Assembly (NCBI GenBank): GCA_052390515.1
Contig: JBQTGV010000086.1
Span: 1 to 46,643 of the forward strand
From: Candidatus Eiseniibacteriota bacterium
GTDB lineage: Bacteria; ARS69
Direction: 5' to 3'
DNA length: 46,643 bases
Made by a program: the position numbers and the translations under genes. Under the pieces are notes generated by a model. That model was not told the DNA's origin and searched no databases. It saw nothing but the letters and a program-made list of their open reading frames with translations. This document shows, one piece after another, positions 8,701-17,420 of the stretch. Position 1 is the stretch's first letter. The number at the start of each line of letters is the position of its first letter.

Positions 8701-11120
8701 CCGAGGGTCCGACGGTGGGCAGGTCGGTCGCCGCCGGCATGCCGGAACGAATCGGGCCGTACCGGATCCTGGAAGAGCTCGGCTCCGGCGGCATGGGTGT
8801 CGTCTACCTCGCCGATCAGGAACACCCCGTCCGCCGGCGCGTGGCGGTCAAGGTCATCAAGCTCGGGCTCGACACGAAGGAAGTCATCGCGCGCTTCGAG
8901 TCGGAGCGGCAGGCCTTGGCGATGATGAGCCACCCGAACATCGCCCGCGTGCTCGAGGCGGGGACGACCGCGGAAGGCCGCCCCTATTTCGTCATGGAGC
9001 ACGTGCCGGGCGTGCCCATCACCGACTACTGCGACCGACACCGCCTCTCGATGAAGGAGCGGCTCGACCTCTTCGTCCCGGTCTGCCAGGCCATCCACCA
9101 CGCCCACCAGAAGGCCATCATCCACCGCGACATCAAGCCCTCCAACGTGCTCGTCATGCTCCTCGACGGCGTGCCCGTGCCGAAGGTCATCGACTTCGGG
9201 GTGGCGAAGGCCCTGGACCGCAAGCTGACCGAGAAGACCGTGTTCACCGAGCAGGGCCGGCTCATCGGGACGCCCGCATACATGAGCCCGGAGCAGGCCG
9301 AGATGACCGGGCTCAACATCGACACCACGACCGACGTCTACTCGCTCGGCGTGCTGCTCTACGAGCTTCTCGTCGGGGAGCTCCCCTTCGACACGAAGGC
9401 CCTGCTGGAGGGCGGCTGGGACGCGCTGCACCGGGTGATCCGGGAGGTGGATCCGCCGAAGCCGAGCACGCGGGTCAGCTCCCTCGGGGAGAAGGCAGGT
9501 GCCGTGGCGCTGCAGCGGCGGATGGAGCCGGCGCAGCTCGAGCACCAACTGCGGCGCGAGCTCGACTGGATCACCATGCGCGCGATGGAGAAGGACCGGA
9601 CCCGGCGATACGAGTCGGCCGCCGCGCTCGCGCAGGACATCGCCCGCTACCTGAACGACGAGCCGGTGCTCGCCGGCCCTCCGAGCACGGCCTACCGTGT
9701 CGGCAAGTTCGTCAAGCGCCACCGAGCGGCGCTGCTCGTCTCCGCCGTCGTCCTGGCGAGCCTGGTCTTCGCCACGGTGGAGTCGACGCGACAGCGCCTC
9801 GTGGCCGAGCGCGCGCTGGAAGAGTCGGAGGCGGTGACCGCGTTCCTGTCGAACATGCTCTCGGCGGTCGACCCGGCCAAGCGAGGCCGCGAGGTCACCG
9901 TGCGGGAGATCCTCGACGAGGCCGCCACGAACATCGACCGGCAGTTCGGGGGCAAGCCGCTGGTTCGCTCGAGGCTCATGGCCGCGATGGGAGGCGCGTA
10001 CCTGCAGCTCGGCCACTTCGACGAGGCGCGGCCGCTGCTCCAGGAAGCGCTCTCCATACGGGGCGAGCGCGCGCTGGCCGAGAACGAGCTGCTCGTCGCC
10101 GAGACCCTGCACCTGCTCGGCAACCTCGATCTCGAGACGGCCGACTATGCCTCGTCGAAGCGGTGCCTGGAGGCGGCCCTGGCGATTCGAGAGAAGAGGC
10201 TCGGCCCCGAGCACCCCGAGTTCGCGCGGACGTTGAACGACCTCGGACTGCTGCAGCGCACCACCGGCGACCGCGCCGAGGCACGCGCTCTCTTCGAGAG
10301 GGCGCTGGCCGTCCGTGAGAAGACGCTCGGCCCGGATCACCCCGACGTGGCCAAGACGCTGAACGACCTCGCGGGCCTCCTCTACATGATGCGCGATTAC
10401 GCCGGCGCCCGGCCGCTCTACGAACGCGCCAGCGCCATCCAGGAGAAGGCCCTCGGGCCGGAGCACACCCACCTGGCGGCGACGCTGAGCAACTACGCCA
10501 CGCTGCTGGGCGACACCGGAGACTTGGAGACCGCGCGCGCCGTGCACGAGCGGGCGCTGGCTATCGAGCGGAAGGCGCTGGGCGAAGAGCATCCCGACGT
10601 CGCCAACTCTCTGACCAGCCTCGCCATCCTGCGGCAGAAGGCAGAGGACTTCGCCGGCGCGAAGGTCCTCTACGAGCAGGCGCTGGCCATCACCGAGAAG
10701 GCCTTCGGGCCCGAGCACCCCGACGTCTCCATGAATCTCAACAACCTCGCGGCGTGTCTCATGGATCTCGGAGACAACGACGGGGCGCGGCCGCTCTTCG
10801 AGCGCGCGCTGTCCATCCGCGAGAAGTCATTCGGTCCCGAGCACTTCGCTGTGGCGCAGAGCCTCAACAATCTCGCCTACCTGAACGCGGTCACGGGCGA
10901 CTACGCCGCCGCCGTGCCGCTGCTCGAGCGCGCCATGGCCGTCGAGGAGAAGGTTCTCGGTCCGGAGGACGTGCACGTGGCCGACACGGCCTCGCGTCTG
11001 GCGGAGGTGCTGCGGCTGCTCGGCGACGAGGCGGCCGCCGCGCGGTACGAGGCCCGCGCGAAGCGGGTGGCGGCGCAAGCCGCGCAGACCGCGCCGGCCT
11101 CGCCTCAGAACGGCGGGTAG
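8697..11120 (+). CDS. Hanks-type Ser/Thr protein kinase with one TM helix and C-terminal 42-aa TPR repeats
   Basis: LGSGGMGVVY, VAVKVI, HRDIKPSN, DFG, GTPAYMSPEQ; TM AALLVSAVVLASLVFA; about 7-8 LGPEHP..A..LN.LA repeats. Start is TTG 8697 (TTGA overlap) or ATG 8739. Confidence 0.92.
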   Translation: MTEGPTVGRSVAAGMPERIGPYRILEELGSGGMGVVYLADQEHPVRRRVAVKVIKLGLDTKEVIARFESERQALAMMSHPNIARVLEAGTTAEGRPYFVMEHVPGVPITDYCDRHRLSMKERLDLFVPVCQAIHHAHQKAIIHRDIKPSNVLVMLLDGVPVPKVIDFGVAKALDRKLTEKTVFTEQGRLIGTPAYMSPEQAEMTGLNIDTTTDVYSLGVLLYELLVGELPFDTKALLEGGWDALHRVIREVDPPKPSTRVSSLGEKAGAVALQRRMEPAQLEHQLRRELDWITMRAMEKDRTRRYESAAALAQDIARYLNDEPVLAGPPSTAYRVGKFVKRHRAALLVSAVVLASLVFATVESTRQRLVAERALEESEAVTAFLSNMLSAVDPAKRGREVTVREILDEAATNIDRQFGGKPLVRSRLMAAMGGAYLQLGHFDEARPLLQEALSIRGERALAENELLVAETLHLLGNLDLETADYASSKRCLEAALAIREKRLGPEHPEFARTLNDLGLLQRTTGDRAEARALFERALAVREKTLGPDHPDVAKTLNDLAGLLYMMRDYAGARPLYERASAIQEKALGPEHTHLAATLSNYATLLGDTGDLETARAVHERALAIERKALGEEHPDVANSLTSLAILRQKAEDFAGAKVLYEQALAITEKAFGPEHPDVSMNLNNLAACLMDLGDNDGARPLFERALSIREKSFGPEHFAVAQSLNNLAYLNAVTGDYAAAVPLLERAMAVEEKVLGPEDVHVADTASRLAEVLRLLGDEAAAARYEARAKRVAAQAAQTAPASPQNGG

Positions 11121-14100
11121 CTCTCCGGGAAGCGGACGACGAGCAGGCGCTTCTCCCGCTCCACCCAGCTCGTCCAGCCGAGCGTCTCCAGCAGCCGCAG
11201 CCGCTGTTCGAAGAGCGTCCGATCCGGAGCCGCCTCGTCGATGCGCGCGTTCAGCACTTCCAGCGCCTTGGCCGGGCGCCCGCGTCTCCGCTCGTGCTCC
11301 ACCGCCACGACGGCGGCCTCGCCCTTCGCGGGGTCGGTCCAGCGCGCCACTTCCGCGTACGCCGCCGCGATCTCCGCGTCCGCTCCGGCGTTCCCGACCA
11401 GCGCCTCGACCTTGCGGCGGAGCGCCTCGACCAGCGCGTCCCGGCGCTTCTCCGCGCCCTCGCGTGCCGCCTTCGCCTCCTCGTTCTCCGGATCGGCGCG
11501 CTCGCCCAGCAGCTCCGCGAGGTCCGCGCCCGCGGCTGCGTCCACCACCTCGTCGCACGCCTTCACCACGGCCTTCGCGTCCGGCTCTTCCTTCTCCGCG
11601 AGGTAGCGCATGCGCTCCACGAGCAGAGGCAGCGTGCGCCCGCGCTCCTTCAGCAGGACTCGCGACTGCGCCTCGAAGTCCTCGTCGCGGCCGTCCTTGC
11701 GGAGCTTCGCGAGGTGATCGACCTCGACCTGGAGCAGCTCCTCGGCGAGCTCGTCCGCCGTGCTCGCCTCGACCGCCTCGGGCACCCCGTCCGCCTCCGT
11801 CGACTCGTCCTCGACCCGGGCCGACGCGAGTCGAACGGTCAGCGGCCAGCCGGAGGGGCGGTCGCCCGCGGCGGCGGCTTCACTGCCCTCTGGACCGAAG
11901 CGCAGCGTGCCGACCAGCAGGTCCCCGGGTGCGGCTCCCTTCGGGATGCTTTTCGCCGGCGGCGGGGCGATCCACATCGCCGCCGTCTGTCCCCGCGCGA
12001 GCTTCGTCTCGCCGACGTCGTGCCCGCCCTCGAGCGCGCCGTCCGGATCGTTCAGCACCCGCAGCGCGACCGCGTCATCCAGCGTGCGGTCCAGCGCGAG
12101 CGGCATGTTGCGCAGTCCCCGCAGCGCGGCCTCGTCGGTGCTGCGCACGTGGAAGCGAAGCGTGTACTTCCCCTTCCCGAGGGACACCGGAGCGTCCTTC
12201 GGTCCGTTCGCGGCGAGACGCTTCCCCTCGTCGTGGATCTGCCAGAGCATCGATTGCCACGACTGCCAGATCTCGTCGGACTCGAGCACGGCGGCGCGCG
12301 GGCGAACCTTCGCGTCGTCGTCGAGCTCGAACTCGTACGTGAGCAGCGCCTCCCACACCTGGCGTCCCTGCGGAAGCAGGTCGCGGGAGCCGTCCAGCGC
12401 GCGCACTTCCGCCTCCTCGGGCAGCAGCGTCTTGCGCAGCACCTTCGCCTCGGCTTTCGGCGCGAGGGTCTCCGGACGGAGCGACGCCCGGACGAGCAGC
12501 GGGCGGCTGAGCTCGGTGCCGCCGTCCACGTCGACGCGCGCCTCGTCCGGCACGAGTCCGTGGAAAGTGAGCTCGAAGTCAGCCTCGCCGGGTCCGAGGT
12601 TGGACCAGTTCTGAGCGAGACACAGCTCGAGCGTGCGGCCGCCGGCCACGGCGAAGCTCTTCACGTACCTCCCGCCCTGGTCGAGCCACTGCGTCTCCTC
12701 CGTGTTCCACTCCGCGTAGCTCGATCCGGGAACGAGCTGTACGGCGTGCGCCACGATCTGCCGCGGCGTCTCCGGGTTCTCCGTTCGGATCACGAGGTCG
12801 GCCCACGTCGCGCCGTCAGGAACGGCGAAGAAGAAGCGACGGATCTGTCCCGGCTCGAACGCGAGGGTCTTCTGCCACGAGGGATCCGCGTCCGGCACCT
12901 TCTCCGAGCGGATCACGGTGACGGGCACGCGGAACAGCGGACCGCGCCCGGGATCGCCCGTGTCGGTGCCGCGCACTTCGGCGAAGTGCACGCCGGGCGG
13001 GAGGCTGCGCGGGTCCACCTTGATCTTGAACGAGCGGGTGCCCGGCACGACCACGAACATCCCCGGCGCGTCGACCCACGGAGCGCTCGACTCCAGCCGA
13101 AGGTGCCGCTCGAAGGAGATGCGCGCGCGGTTGCTGTCGGCGTCGGCGAAGACCGCGGCGACCTCGACCAGGAGATCGTGCGCCCGCGACGACTCCTCCG
13201 GCTCGCGCAGGTGGACGCCGCGAGCGCCGTCCCGCGCCGGAACGTTCACCTCGAAGCGGACGCCGTGCGGCGCGTGCGGCCGGTGGGCGCGCAGCGCCTC
13301 CCAGGCCCGGTCGAACCGGGCGAGCCCCCGGCCGAGCGTCCACGGATCGAATCCCTCCGGCTGCTCCGCGGTGCTCTCCAGCGCTCGGCGGATGTCGTGC
13401 GGCGAGGTGGCGAGTCCCTCGGCCTTCGCGCCGGAAAGCAGACAGGCGATCCCGCCGCACACGCTCGGCGCCGCCATGGACGTCCCGTTGAGCAGCGAGG
13501 TCGGCTTCAGCTCCCAGTTCGGCACCGGCGAGAACGCCCCGCCGGGGGCGCTCAGCGCGACGCCGAGATCCCCGTCGGCCGTCGGCCCCCGCGACGACCA
13601 CGTGTAGTGCGTGTCGGGGAGCTTCTCCCGGATCGAGTACTGCGCCGTCATCATGGAGCCCGAGAGGTACGCGCCGATCCCCATCAGGTGCGACGAGGTG
13701 CCGCCGGCGCTGCCCACGGTGGAGAGCGCCGGGCCGTTGTTGCCGGCGGAGAGCACGAACACGACGCCGTGCTCGTTCACGATCTCCTGGTAGAGCTCGA
13801 TCATGTGGCCCTCGTCGGGCGAGGGCGTCGACCCGCCGAAGCTCATGTTGATGAGCGCGCAGCTGTCGGCCAGCGCGGTGATGAGGCCGCGCACCGGGCC
13901 GGTGTTGGTGGAGGAGGCGCCGAGCCTCGTGTCCCCGATCTTCACGCAGACGAGCTGCGCTCCCGGCGCCATGCCGTCGAGCGCGCGGTTCTCGGGATGG
14001 TGGGCGGCCACGATCCCGGCGACGTGCGTCCCGTGCGACCCGCAGTCGGTGACGATCGAGAGCAGGTTGCCGTCCGCGTAGATGTTCACCGCGTAGTTGA

Positions 14101-14842
14101 GCAGGCTCTCCTCGTCGAACGTCGCCCACTCCCTGGCCACGCGGTAGTTCGCCATCGCCTTCTCGTCGGCGAGGTCTCCGTCCTCGTCGGTGTCGATCAC
14201 CGCGCGCCAGTGCTCGCCGTCGTGGAAGACGACGCAGTCGTACACAGGGCCAGGATCCTGGGCCTTCCCGGCGAGAGTGCGCAGCACGTCCACGCGCGCG
14301 GCCAGCTCCTCGCGCGTCATGCGCTCGGACTCGGTCGGCTCCGGATGCTCGTCGTCGAACGCGTCCAGCGCGCGCCGCGCCTCCGCGAGAAGCGGACCGT
14401 GCGCCTCGTCGAGCTGCTCCTTCCGGCGCTCCTTCATGCGCGTGACGAGGCCGACGGGCCACAGCTCGAAGGCCGGCTTGACGCCGAGATGGAAGTCGCC
14501 CGAGGGGCAGGACAGCGCGCCGACGTCGAGCGTTCGCCCGGAGGGGCCGACGAGCTCGCCGCCGTCCGCGCGGCGCACGGTCCTCGTGGAGACGTCGCCC
14601 GATCCCGAGCCGTCGACCAGATCGACGATCTTCGGCTTGCCGTCGGTGGTCACCTGCAGGCCGGGCGCGCCGGGGTCGACCCCGGTATCGAAGATGGCGA
14701 CCACGACTCCGCGCCCGTCGTAGGTCGGGTGCTCCTCCAGGAAGCGCGTCATGCCGGTCTCGCTCTTGGGCAGGAGATCGGCGGTCGGGAATGCCGTCTC
14801 CGCGGCGGCGGCGAAGACGGCGGCGACGAGAAGAACGTGCAT
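11105..14842 (-). CDS. Tripeptidyl-peptidase II (TPPII)-like S8 subtilase, 1245 aa
   Basis: ATG 14842 with GGAAGG upstream. LLPKSETG...YDGRGV..AIFDTGVDPGAPGLQVTTDGKPKIVD, DPGPVYDC..HDGE.WRA, HGTHVAGI, SAGNNGP.LSTVG, YTWSSRGP and NGTSM are colinear with eukaryotic TPP2, including the large Asp-His insert. Confidence 0.92.
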   Translation of the reverse strand: MHVLLVAAVFAAAAETAFPTADLLPKSETGMTRFLEEHPTYDGRGVVVAIFDTGVDPGAPGLQVTTDGKPKIVDLVDGSGSGDVSTRTVRRADGGELVGPSGRTLDVGALSCPSGDFHLGVKPAFELWPVGLVTRMKERRKEQLDEAHGPLLAEARRALDAFDDEHPEPTESERMTREELAARVDVLRTLAGKAQDPGPVYDCVVFHDGEHWRAVIDTDEDGDLADEKAMANYRVAREWATFDEESLLNYAVNIYADGNLLSIVTDCGSHGTHVAGIVAAHHPENRALDGMAPGAQLVCVKIGDTRLGASSTNTGPVRGLITALADSCALINMSFGGSTPSPDEGHMIELYQEIVNEHGVVFVLSAGNNGPALSTVGSAGGTSSHLMGIGAYLSGSMMTAQYSIREKLPDTHYTWSSRGPTADGDLGVALSAPGGAFSPVPNWELKPTSLLNGTSMAAPSVCGGIACLLSGAKAEGLATSPHDIRRALESTAEQPEGFDPWTLGRGLARFDRAWEALRAHRPHAPHGVRFEVNVPARDGARGVHLREPEESSRAHDLLVEVAAVFADADSNRARISFERHLRLESSAPWVDAPGMFVVVPGTRSFKIKVDPRSLPPGVHFAEVRGTDTGDPGRGPLFRVPVTVIRSEKVPDADPSWQKTLAFEPGQIRRFFFAVPDGATWADLVIRTENPETPRQIVAHAVQLVPGSSYAEWNTEETQWLDQGGRYVKSFAVAGGRTLELCLAQNWSNLGPGEADFELTFHGLVPDEARVDVDGGTELSRPLLVRASLRPETLAPKAEAKVLRKTLLPEEAEVRALDGSRDLLPQGRQVWEALLTYEFELDDDAKVRPRAAVLESDEIWQSWQSMLWQIHDEGKRLAANGPKDAPVSLGKGKYTLRFHVRSTDEAALRGLRNMPLALDRTLDDAVALRVLNDPDGALEGGHDVGETKLARGQTAAMWIAPPPAKSIPKGAAPGDLLVGTLRFGPEGSEAAAAGDRPSGWPLTVRLASARVEDESTEADGVPEAVEASTADELAEELLQVEVDHLAKLRKDGRDEDFEAQSRVLLKERGRTLPLLVERMRYLAEKEEPDAKAVVKACDEVVDAAAGADLAELLGERADPENEEAKAAREGAEKRRDALVEALRRKVEALVGNAGADAEIAAAYAEVARWTDPAKGEAAVVAVEHERRRGRPAKALEVLNARIDEAAPDRTLFEQRLRLLETLGWTSWVEREKRLLVVRFPESYPPF

Positions 14843-14915
14843 GGGCGTCCCTTCCGGAAGATGCTGCGGGTCAGGGGGCGCGCAGGATACCATGCGCCCA
14901 ACAGGAGGGGCGAAG

Positions 14916-15947
14916 ATGGGAGCTCTCGGAACGATGACGCGAACGGCGCTGGCGGCGGCCGTGGCGCTGGCGGCGGCCGTGACGCTGCCGATGGCCGTGG
15001 CGCTGCCGATGGCGCCGTCCGTCGCGCGCGCGGACGAACCGGTCGCGACGTTCTCGATCGTCGGATACGACCCCGCCACCGGCGAGATCGGCGTCGCCGT
15101 GCAGTCGAAGTTCTTCGCCGTGGGCGCCGTCGTGCCCTGGGCGAAGGGTGGGGTCGGTGCCGTGGCCACGCAGGCTTTCGCCAACACGACGTTCGGCCCG
15201 AGAGGTCTGGAACTGCTCTCGAAGGGCATGCTCCCGGAGGAGGCGCTGGCGGCGCTGCTCGAGGGGGACACCGGCCGCGAGAGCCGACAGGTCGGCATCG
15301 TGGACGCGCAGGGACGCGCCGCGGCGCACACCGGCACGGAGTGTCAGGCGTGGGCCGGCCACGTGACCGGCGAGCACTTCACCGCCCAGGGCAACATCCT
15401 CGCCGGTGAGCCGGTCGTCGCAGCGATGGCCGCCGCCTTCCGCGAGACTCCGGGAATGCTCGGCGAGAAGCTGATGCGCGCGATCGAAGCCGGCCAGGAC
15501 GCCGGCGGCGACTCCCGTGGCATGCAGTCCGCCGCCATTCTGATCGCGAAGGCCGGCGCCGGCTACGGCGGCTTCGACGACGTCTACTGCGACCTGCGCG
15601 TCGACGATCATGCGGATCCGATCCGCGAGCTGCGCCGCATCTTCGACCTGTGGAAGATCCAGGCGCTGATCCTCGAAGGGTACCGGCACGTGGAGGCCGG
15701 CGACTTCGCCGCCGCGATCGCCGCGGGCGAAGAAGCGGTGCGCCTGGACGACGCGACCGGCGAGCCGCACTACCACCTCGCCTGCTACCTGAGCCGTGCA
15801 GGCCGCGCGAACGACGCCATCGACATGCTCGCCGAGGCGGTGAAGCGCGATCCCGCGCTCGGCCCGCGCGCCGCGGACGATCCCGACCTGAAGCCGCGCG
15901 CCGACGACCCGCGCTTCCAGGAGCTGACCCGGCCGCCGAGCCGGTGA
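14916..15947 (+). CDS. DUF1028 family Ntn-hydrolase-like protein with signal peptide and C-terminal TPR
   Basis: AGGAGG RBS before ATG 14916. TFSIVGYDP.TGEIGVAVQSKFFAVGAVVP, ATQA, QGNILAG, GGDSRG.QSA, DLRVDDH; C-terminal TPR with YHLACYL. Confidence 0.9.
   Translation: MGALGTMTRTALAAAVALAAAVTLPMAVALPMAPSVARADEPVATFSIVGYDPATGEIGVAVQSKFFAVGAVVPWAKGGVGAVATQAFANTTFGPRGLELLSKGMLPEEALAALLEGDTGRESRQVGIVDAQGRAAAHTGTECQAWAGHVTGEHFTAQGNILAGEPVVAAMAAAFRETPGMLGEKLMRAIEAGQDAGGDSRGMQSAAILIAKAGAGYGGFDDVYCDLRVDDHADPIRELRRIFDLWKIQALILEGYRHVEAGDFAAAIAAGEEAVRLDDATGEPHYHLACYLSRAGRANDAIDMLAEAVKRDPALGPRAADDPDLKPRADDPRFQELTRPPSR
14946..15017 (+). repeat. 4 x 18-bp in-frame tandem repeat in signal peptide
   Basis: gcgctggcggcggccgtg x2, acgctgccgatggccgtg, gcgctgccgatggcgccg (ALAAAV ALAAAV TLPMAV ALPMAP). 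Confidence 0.85.
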
Positions 15948-15952
15948 CGCGC

Positions 15953-15980
15953 TTGACAGGCGGGGGCCCCACCCTAGAAT
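15953..15980 (+). promoter_or_regulatory. sigma70 promoter
   Basis: TTGACA-N16-TAGAAT about 70 bp upstream of the 16053 start. Confidence 0.7.
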
Positions 15981-16052
15981 CCGCCCGGCGCGCGCCTTCC
16001 CGGCACGCGCGATTCCCGCATCCCGGTTTCCTGCCCCGGGCGGAGGTATACC

Positions 16053-17378
16053 GTGCGAATCCGCAGCTTCCTCGTCCTCCCGAGCGCAGCCGCGCTCCTC
16101 GCCGCAGCCGTGCCGGTGGGCGCGTCGCAGCCCGACTCGTGGGAAGGCAATCTCTTCATGCGCGATGTCACCGACCTCCTGGCGTTCCCCCATCGCGCGA
16201 TCGAGGACAAGGACTTCGCCCTCGGCACGCACGTTCCGTCGGTGTCCCCGAGCGTCTCGCGCACGTTCGGCGATGAAGCCGAGAACTCGCTGGACGTCTC
16301 CGGCCTGCTGTCCTTCGGCGCGGGCGAGCGCTTCTCGCTGTTCTTCGCCGCGAACGACCCGCGCGGGTACAACCCGACCGCGGGGTTCGTGGTGCAGAGC
16401 GTGCGTGGCCCGGGTGCGGCCCTCTCGGAGGGCAGCTTCGCCCTGGGGCACCAGACCCGCGGCCTGGCCACCAGCGGCACTCCGGACGAGAAGATGCAGC
16501 TGGGGGCGGCCGTACACGTCAACCCCCAGCTCGACGCCGGCGCGTTCTTCTCCATGGGCAAGTACGAGTGGAAGGGGACGATCACTCCGGCGACCGGCAC
16601 GCCGACGACCAGCGGCCGTGAGACCGGCTACTTCAACCTCACCGGCTCGGTGGGCTGGACGCCTGGCGTTCCTCCGATCGACAAATTGGAGGTCAGCTTC
16701 AGCTACGCCATGGGCGAGCAGGACGAGTTCGGGGTGACCACGCTTTCCGGCTCGGGGGACAACAGCTCCTACGGGGGCGCGGCCTTCCTCCACTTCAGCT
16801 CGAGCCTGTGGGGCTGGAGGCCGATCGTCACCGTGGGGTACGCGCAGGTCACCAGCGACTTCACGTACTACCAGGACCCGGCCATCACCACGCCGGTGCC
16901 GACGCTGGATGCCGAGGAGACCGCACTCAACGTCGCCGTGGGCGGAACCCGGCCGATCGGCGGCGGTGGCACGGTGGCCGCCACTCTCGGAGTAGTGCGC
17001 CACACCGACAAGTTCGAGTCCATGCAGGTCTCCGGCTTCGACTCCATCATCATCGACGAGACCATCACGGTGAATCCGTCGTGCTCGTTCGCGGTCGATG
17101 TCCCCATCTTCAGCAAGTTCTCGCTGGCCTCCGGAGTCAATTACCAGTTCGGCGCGTTCGAGGGCGAAACGGCCGAGACCGTCGCGGGGGTGACGGACAA
17201 CACGACCGAAGACGACAAGGACCTCGCCGCCGACTGGAGCGCGGGGCTGATCTGGAACATGAACGAGCACGTCCAGATCTCGGCCACCATGCACGACGAC
17301 GCCTGGACGGACAATCCGGTCCGGGGCGACAGCGAGGACGAGTGGGTCGGCGTGTTGCGGACGCAGTTCTCGTTCTGA
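16053..17378 (+). CDS. Putative outer-membrane beta-barrel protein
   Basis: GGAGG RBS, signal peptide, alternating amphipathic strands, C-terminal beta-signal VLRTQFSF. Confidence 0.75.
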   Translation: MRIRSFLVLPSAAALLAAAVPVGASQPDSWEGNLFMRDVTDLLAFPHRAIEDKDFALGTHVPSVSPSVSRTFGDEAENSLDVSGLLSFGAGERFSLFFAANDPRGYNPTAGFVVQSVRGPGAALSEGSFALGHQTRGLATSGTPDEKMQLGAAVHVNPQLDAGAFFSMGKYEWKGTITPATGTPTTSGRETGYFNLTGSVGWTPGVPPIDKLEVSFSYAMGEQDEFGVTTLSGSGDNSSYGGAAFLHFSSSLWGWRPIVTVGYAQVTSDFTYYQDPAITTPVPTLDAEETALNVAVGGTRPIGGGGTVAATLGVVRHTDKFESMQVSGFDSIIIDETITVNPSCSFAVDVPIFSKFSLASGVNYQFGAFEGETAETVAGVTDNTTEDDKDLAADWSAGLIWNMNEHVQISATMHDDAWTDNPVRGDSEDEWVGVLRTQFSF

Positions 17379-17386
17379 GTGCGGGG

Positions 17387-17411
17387 CCGGCGCGGGTCTC
17401 CCCCCCGCCGG
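17387..17411. terminator. GC hairpin between convergent genes
   Basis: ccggcg...cgccgg stem located between the barrel stop and the batE stop. Confidence 0.4.
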
Positions 17412-17420
17412 TCGTCTCTC

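Noticed and set aside
10190-10990. About 126-bp periodic repeats resembling an array
   Set aside because: They are in-frame 42-aa TPR coding repeats, degenerate at DNA level; not CRISPR.
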